Source: a virus (lineage: Duplodnaviria > Caudoviricetes). From it: DNA of 41,689 bases. Shown in pieces: positions 36,398 to 41,689 of this stretch. The stretch is from positions 1 to 41,689 of the IMG/VR virus record IMGVR_UViG_3300020045_010482; one strand, written 5' to 3'. The position numbers were made by a program, and so were the translations under genes. How positions within the stretch are numbered: position 1 is the stretch's first letter; each line of letters starts with the position of its first letter. Under the pieces are notes generated by a model that saw only the letters and a program-made list of their open reading frames with translations, made no database searches and had not been told where the DNA came from.

Positions 36398-38080
36398 ATG
36401 CCAAAATTATCAAAAACAAAAGCCTTCACAGTTTCAAAAGAAACTATCGAAGTAGATTTCAAAGGCACAAAATGCGAGTGTGCAAATCTGTTGAAATCAG
36501 GAATTACGAACCAAACAATCGTTTTGGTTGCTCACGAAAATGTTTGGAATGAAGTAAATGTTCTCAATTTAGGAGGCGATGATTCCAACCTGCAAGCATT
36601 CAAAAATTTCATTGAGTCTATGAACCTTGGACTTGTTGACCTCGGAATTACGACTGAAAAACAGCAGGGAAATTACGAATTAGTTCATCAAGATTTTATG
36701 GATTTGCAGGAGAAATTTCCAGACCACGATTATATCCAGATTTCAATCTTGAATGATTATAACGTGAAATCAGGTGGTAAAGCAAGTAAATACGAACTTA
36801 TCGAGTGGCTCAAAGTTTGCCAACGTGACAAAATTTCGATTAAGGAATTAATCGAGAATAGAGAAGTGGAAAAACAGAAAATTATTAACGAAACCGTAAA
36901 ATCACCAGAAATGAGCACAGAAAATTTTGAAGAGCCAATGGAATTAGAAATCGGAGAAAATAATCAAACAGCTATTCCAGTTGAGGCGGTTATTATTCAA
37001 GAGGTTATTCCGAAACCAGAGACTATGCTAACCACTAACGTATCGGTTACAACTAATAACGTGCCTGCTCCCACCAAAAAACCAATTTCATTGCAGGTTT
37101 TTGAAACCTTGACACCAGAAAGAATTTCAGAGCTTCAAGGATTAAACGAACGCCAAATCCAGATTGTCAAAGAAAATCCGGTGGTAAAAATCACGGATAA
37201 AACAAGTTATGAGGCAGCCAAGAAAACAGCGGCTATTTTATTGAAGGCATCCACCGCTATTGACGGTTCGACGGGAATCGAAGCCACGGCAACAAAATAC
37301 CTGAATACGTTCAAATCGATGCTTAAAAATGCATTGGCACCAATCGCATTGGTTACGAGAAAACCATATGATGAACAAAAAACCATAATTTCCGCTTGGG
37401 AAAATGCCGAAGAACTAAGAATTCAAGCGGAGCAACGCGCCAAACTCGAAAAAATAAAAAAACGTACCGATGAACTTTTTGCTGTTCCATTCTCGTTTAA
37501 TGGTTCAGTTTACAGCATCGGAACTGTTTACATAGTTGGTTCCCAAATCGAAAATCTTTCGGATGAAGATTTCGCTGTGATCGTAAACAACGGTAAAATA
37601 ATCAAACAGCAGTTAGATGCCGAAGCCGAAGCGCAAAAAGGCAAGGATGCTGAAATAGCTGCTTTGAAAGCACAATTAGCTGCATTTATGGCTTTGCAAA
37701 ATATGAGTAACACGGATACTGAACAGCCTGCAACGGTTTCTGAAAATCCAACTACCGGAACACCTGCACAACCAACCCCTGAATTAAAAATAGGTCCGGC
37801 CGACCAAGTAGCCAATTTTATGAATCCGGAACACGGTGTTAAGCCTGTGGTATCTTATAATTTGCCAGCCGAAAACAACAAATTATTGAACGCCTTGGAT
37901 TTGAAAAATGCAGAACATTTGGAAAAACCGGCATATATCAAATGCCGTGGGTATTATGTTCAAGGACTAATTGACGTTGCTAACGAGATTGAATTTATCT
38001 TGAATGATGCTGCTCCAAACCCTGTAAAGAAATCTGAGCGTATTAGTAATTTATGTGTAATTTTAAAAAATTCGAAATAA
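36398..38080 (+). CDS. 560-aa coiled-coil protein of unknown function
   Basis: Long ORF; central ITDK.SYEAAK... coiled-coil loosely resembling DUF1351-like proteins. Confidence 0.7.
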   Translation: MPKLSKTKAFTVSKETIEVDFKGTKCECANLLKSGITNQTIVLVAHENVWNEVNVLNLGGDDSNLQAFKNFIESMNLGLVDLGITTEKQQGNYELVHQDFMDLQEKFPDHDYIQISILNDYNVKSGGKASKYELIEWLKVCQRDKISIKELIENREVEKQKIINETVKSPEMSTENFEEPMELEIGENNQTAIPVEAVIIQEVIPKPETMLTTNVSVTTNNVPAPTKKPISLQVFETLTPERISELQGLNERQIQIVKENPVVKITDKTSYEAAKKTAAILLKASTAIDGSTGIEATATKYLNTFKSMLKNALAPIALVTRKPYDEQKTIISAWENAEELRIQAEQRAKLEKIKKRTDELFAVPFSFNGSVYSIGTVYIVGSQIENLSDEDFAVIVNNGKIIKQQLDAEAEAQKGKDAEIAALKAQLAAFMALQNMSNTDTEQPATVSENPTTGTPAQPTPELKIGPADQVANFMNPEHGVKPVVSYNLPAENNKLLNALDLKNAEHLEKPAYIKCRGYYVQGLIDVANEIEFILNDAAPNPVKKSERISNLCVILKNSK

Positions 38081-38394
38081 TGAAAGAAGTATGGAAAGTA
38101 GGTAAAAATACAAGCACTGTTGTGTCTAATATTCCTTCAATTCCTGATGAAAAATCAGGACACAATGATGTTGGTTATTATGGTGGATTTTTGGTTTGCG
38201 AAAGTATAGCCACTAAAGAATATGCCAATTTAATCGCTTCAGCTCTTGAAATGAAACAAATGTTAAATCATTTCATTAATGCTATTGAAGGAGGCGAACA
38301 ACAAGGTGAAGGAGCCATTGTTACAGGATACAAACAAACGTTTGGAATTACTATGATAGCCGAAACTAAGCGAATTTTAAAACAATCAATATGA
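38080..38394 (+). CDS. hypothetical protein (likely start ATG 38080)
   Basis: TAATG overlap; ANLIASA.EM motif. Confidence 0.7.
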   Translation: MKEVWKVGKNTSTVVSNIPSIPDEKSGHNDVGYYGGFLVCESIATKEYANLIASALEMKQMLNHFINAIEGGEQQGEGAIVTGYKQTFGITMIAETKRILKQSI

Positions 38395-38414
38395 TTTCAC
38401 GATTCTTCCAACAT

Positions 38415-38440
38415 AAAAAACCCCAATTAATTTTGGGGTT
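38415..38440. terminator. hairpin / probable terminator
   Basis: AACCCCAA-ttaatt-TTGGGGTT preceded by an A run. Confidence 0.55.
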
Positions 38441-38488
38441 AATAATCGGGTTTTATTTTCTAACCAGAATACTAATACATATTTAACT

Positions 38489-38785
38489 ATGGAAAAATTT
38501 GCAGATTTTGACGGACTATTTTTGTATTTCGCATTTTTACTAATCGTTATTTTTGGACTTTTAAAGTGGATTATCGATTTATTGGAATCGATAAAAGAAC
38601 TAAAAACCAAGAATATTAGGTTGAATTTCGCTCATAATTTCGAAGCCAAAGAGTATCTGAAACTACAAGAGGAATTCGAGGCTGTTTTATCAGAAAATAA
38701 AACTATTTCCGACGAAAACGAAAAATTCAAATCACTTATTCGATCGCAGGAAGAAATTATTAACGATTTATCAAAAACAGATTAG
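38489..38785 (+). CDS. membrane-anchored coiled-coil protein
   Basis: N-terminal TM plus heptads. Confidence 0.6.
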   Translation: MEKFADFDGLFLYFAFLLIVIFGLLKWIIDLLESIKELKTKNIRLNFAHNFEAKEYLKLQEEFEAVLSENKTISDENEKFKSLIRSQEEIINDLSKTD

Positions 38786-38787
38786 TT

Positions 38788-38958
38788 ATGGAATTCAAAA
38801 TAAAAAACGGTCGGTGGGTAATCGGAAATTTGTATGATGCTTTGACGGCTTCTAATTTCGATGTGTTCATAAATTCAAGGCGGGAGCCAGAAAAACAAAT
38901 CGTCAGGACTAAATTGTCCAAAAACCAGAATTATAAATTTTTAAAAAAATTACAGTGA
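38788..38958 (+). CDS. 56-aa hypothetical protein (MEFKIKNGRW...); not in ORF track
   Basis: Fills the gap; GTGA overlap with next gene. Confidence 0.6.
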   Translation: MEFKIKNGRWVIGNLYDALTASNFDVFINSRREPEKQIVRTKLSKNQNYKFLKKLQ

Positions 38959-39266
38959 AAAACATTCAGCCTTACATCATTTTATGCCTTACGATTATTA
39001 TCGTAGGGCTTTCTTGGTATGTTTATTCTATGAATTCAGACATAGACATATACAAGAAACAAATTGAGCTTTCGAAGCTAAAAACGGCTAAAAAATCGAA
39101 TTCCGACACGCTGGCAAAAACCATCGAAAACCTGTCAAACAACTCAACAAAATCTGTTGAAAAATCAAAAAAACTATTAAAAAAAATCACTTATGAAAAA
39201 CCTATTATTGTCGATACTACTGGCGTTTATATGCTTGAATACGTTCGAAATTACCGCCCAGAATAA
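38955..39266 (+). CDS. i-spanin-like (Rz-like) protein
   Basis: N-terminal TM plus coiled coil; overlaps next gene by 74 nt. Confidence 0.55.
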   Translation: MKNIQPYIILCLTIIIVGLSWYVYSMNSDIDIYKKQIELSKLKTAKKSNSDTLAKTIENLSNNSTKSVEKSKKLLKKITYEKPIIVDTTGVYMLEYVRNYRPE

Positions 39267-39591
39267 AATTGATTCGGTTTCCATCCAGAGGCCGCAAATC
39301 AAGAATATTTACGTTGGATTGAAACAATGCGAATTTTACAAACAATATTACCTTGAATGCCTTCAAGTTTCCAACGAACTAAATCAGGTAATCAACAGCC
39401 AAGACCATGAACTGAAAAACTCATTGAAAACCATAACTGATTTGACGGCATCAAACGAGGAATTAAACGGTAAAATCACTAAAACAGAGGTTGATATTCA
39501 GAAACTAAAAAACAAGAAAATACCGTGGTATAAGCATCCAATTTTATATTTGATAGTTGGATTTGCCGGAGGTGTATATGTTGCTAAATAA
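39193..39591 (+). CDS. spanin-partner-like exported protein
   Basis: Signal peptide, coiled coil, C-terminal hydrophobic segment. Confidence 0.5.
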   Translation: MKNLLLSILLAFICLNTFEITAQNKIDSVSIQRPQIKNIYVGLKQCEFYKQYYLECLQVSNELNQVINSQDHELKNSLKTITDLTASNEELNGKITKTEVDIQKLKNKKIPWYKHPILYLIVGFAGGVYVAK

Positions 39592-39594
39592 AAG

Positions 39595-39622
39595 AAAAAC
39601 CGCTGTAATAAGCGGTTTTTTT
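39595..39622. terminator. bidirectional intrinsic terminator
   Basis: AAAAACCGCT-gtaata-AGCGGTTTTTTT between convergent genes. Confidence 0.85.
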
Positions 39623-39647
39623 GTGGGTTAAAATATTTCGAAACGGT

Positions 39648-40502
39648 TTAAAAATCATCGTCTTCATCTTCCTGTTCGTTTATAACTATAGGATTATCAA
39701 AATCACTTGTGTCTTCCTCTTCTATTTTTTCAACTTCGTATTCATCTACGAAATCCAAAAACTCATAAAATAAAGCCGTGATATGCTCTTTTGTGTGTTT
39801 TTCTTTTAGGCAGTTAATCATGTTTCTGAACAAAAAAGAGTCTTTTTCTTGGTCGGTAAATTCACGAAATATCACGAAAATTTCATAACCGTGAATTTCT
39901 ACACGAAATTTTCTATTCATCATTCTACCGAGGGAGCCGGCTGCATTTCTTATAGTTTGGAGGTTTGCTCTATAAGACGAAAAACAAACGCTTTTTTCAC
40001 CTGACAAATAAGCTTCTCGAATTTGGTCAGCAATACCACCGCCCGTTTTTAGAGGTTTTCCGCCTAATCTTTTCGTGGCATCAAACTTATTATCTTTAAA
40101 CCTTACGTTAGCAATAAGAGCTTCGTTTCTATAAAATTTACGAAGCCTAACATCGATATTTAAGTGTCTTGAAACATTACCAGCATTAATTGTTTTCTTT
40201 AAAATTTCCAAACCATCGTAATTATCACTATTTAAAACAGGAACTTTTATATTGTTTTTCTTGAATAAAAGACACCTAATACCCGGCACTTGATAGGCAA
40301 AACTTCCGTCAGGTTGCTCAATATCGTATGCCTCACGATCTTCAATACTGTTACTATCGAAGTATCTATTTAACATTTCAATCTTTTTTAACGTTAAATT
40401 GAAGGCATCTTGACTCTCGTAAGCGACAAGATTTATACCATAATTTAATTCTTCAAGTACTTCTAAATGATTTTCAGCACTAATTTTTTTAATTTCTTTC
40501 AT
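39648..40502 (-). CDS. hypothetical protein next to the putative origin
   Basis: 284-aa ORF with own TATATTTG (40534-40541, minus strand) and acidic tail. Confidence 0.75.
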   Translation of the reverse strand: MKEIKKISAENHLEVLEELNYGINLVAYESQDAFNLTLKKIEMLNRYFDSNSIEDREAYDIEQPDGSFAYQVPGIRCLLFKKNNIKVPVLNSDNYDGLEILKKTINAGNVSRHLNIDVRLRKFYRNEALIANVRFKDNKFDATKRLGGKPLKTGGGIADQIREAYLSGEKSVCFSSYRANLQTIRNAAGSLGRMMNRKFRVEIHGYEIFVIFREFTDQEKDSFLFRNMINCLKEKHTKEHITALFYEFLDFVDEYEVEKIEEEDTSDFDNPIVINEQEDEDDDF

Positions 40503-40694
40503 TTTTTTAGTATTGTTTTATAATTAATAATTGCAAATATAGTTATTTTTACAATAACAAAATACCAAAAATCAATTTAATTTTTAAAAAATATTATAAA
40601 AAATTACCTAAATGCACACCAAAAAACACTATTTAAAGTATATGTTTATACTTGTTTTATGATAATTTATGAAAAAATAGTACAAAATAGCCGA

Positions 40695-41099
40695 AATCCG
40701 CAAAAATCCGCAAATCGTTACGGCTAACAAAACAACGTATAAAGCCAAGTGTTTATTGGCTTCAAGGCTAAAAATAAAAATCCGCAAAAATACGCAGGAC
40801 ACACAGCCTTAAAGAAACAGTTTTTTTGTCGGTAGTAGTAGTAACTACTACTACCATAATTAAAAACAGTTTTACATCCATATATATATAATTTTATTTT
40901 ACGGATTATTATTATTATTAGACGTAAAGCCTTGCTATCACTGGCTTCGTTAATCCGCAATTTAATCCGCAACGGTTGCGGATTTGCGGACTTTGCTATT
41001 ATTTTAATGTAATAATCTTACAACTATTTTAAAAAAAATCCGAAACAAAATAGTAAACAACTGATATTCATATACTTAACAAATGCAAAAAATCCGCAA
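40695..41099. repeat. AATCCGCAA iteron cluster with central palindrome; putative replication origin
   Basis: Exact forward copies at 40695, 40705, 40779, 40952, 40964, 41091; exact reverse copy at 40976; degenerate copies at 40789, 40899 (rev), 40984 (rev), 41037. Confidence 0.75.
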
Positions 41100-41164
41100 C
41101 GCATAATCATTCTAAATAACACATCAAAACAACTATTTCACTACATTTACAAAAAAATATCGCT

Positions 41165-41647
41165 ATGGAAATACAAAACAAATCGATACAGGATGCAATT
41201 AAGAAAATATCCGAAACTTACAGTAATGTTTCAGGGGATGTTTTACGACAAGCCACGTCACGTGCATTGAATCGTTCGGCATCATCTGGACGTACATTAT
41301 CAAATTCAGAAATACGAAGGAAATACGCTATTTCAGCATCGGTTTTACAGAATGTTGTTAGAAACACGAATTCGACATCAAGGAATTTGGAGGCATCAAT
41401 TAGAGCATCAGGCGCACCGTTAAGCTGGAATTACTTCGGAGCTAAACAACAATTATCACAAGGAACAACATCATTTAACAGGCGAGGTGTAGCATCATCA
41501 CGATTGAACCGTAAAGCACGATCAAACGCAGTAAGAGGCGTTACGGCAACGATTTTAAAGGGTAAATCAGTAAACCTGCCTACTGCGTTTATACAAGTAG
41601 CTAATGGTGGACTTACGGTATTTGCTAGGGGGCATAATAAAGTGTAA
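41165..41647 (+). CDS. lambda gpZ-like minor tail / tail completion protein
   Basis: A.SRALNR.A...R.....EIR..Y.I, PL..FGAKQ, GVTATI.KG.....AFI, VFAR. Confidence 0.7.
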   Translation: MEIQNKSIQDAIKKISETYSNVSGDVLRQATSRALNRSASSGRTLSNSEIRRKYAISASVLQNVVRNTNSTSRNLEASIRASGAPLSWNYFGAKQQLSQGTTSFNRRGVASSRLNRKARSNAVRGVTATILKGKSVNLPTAFIQVANGGLTVFARGHNKV

Positions 41648-41689
41648 ATTTCTTTCCAGCCAAGTGAAAAATCATTTTTGGAAACCATT

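Noticed and set aside
40724-40972. 82-aa minus-strand ORF
   Set aside because: Low-complexity translation (IIIII, YYYY) of the repeat region
40695-41099. CRISPR array
   Set aside because: Repeats are 9 bp, irregularly spaced and in both orientations; no cas genes
1-41689. Alternative genetic code, tRNAs, integrase/att
   Set aside because: Genes are full length under code 11 with only isolated suspect stops; no tRNA cloverleaf or recombinase motifs recognised

Overview
AT-rich tailed-phage DNA with Bacteroidetes-type TAnnTTTG promoters and no Shine-Dalgarno motifs, so probably a Flavobacterium-like host. It reads as two blocks. 1-21349 is an HK97-like siphophage late region: terminases, portal, MuF-like protein, protease, capsid, connectors, tail tube, frameshifted tail chaperone, tape measure, tail tip, a second tail-tube paralogue, fibres (one of 1217 aa with a signal peptide and an SGNH esterase domain) and holin-like genes. 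21351-41689 begins abruptly with contractile-tail (P2/Mu-type) baseplate J, I and fibre genes, with no sheath or gp25 in the window. It continues with a GH108 endolysin, a RecE/RecT-like plus SSB module, an SF2 helicase, a Dam-type methylase, a primase-helicase, a spanin-like pair, a dyad-symmetric repeat region (likely ori) and a gpZ-like gene. I saw no integrase, tRNA, CRISPR array or reverse transcriptase. Best leads: (i) an in-frame UGA-readthrough peptide (TSVFNSVFSSEFA) on the tail tube gene; (ii) the signal-peptide-bearing fibre; (iii) the sipho/myo hybrid architecture, which could be an assembly chimera; (iv) a ~300-bp mirror-symmetric element centred on 40843; (v) Fur-box-like sites at phage promoters. 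All family calls come from motif recognition by eye; no searches were run.
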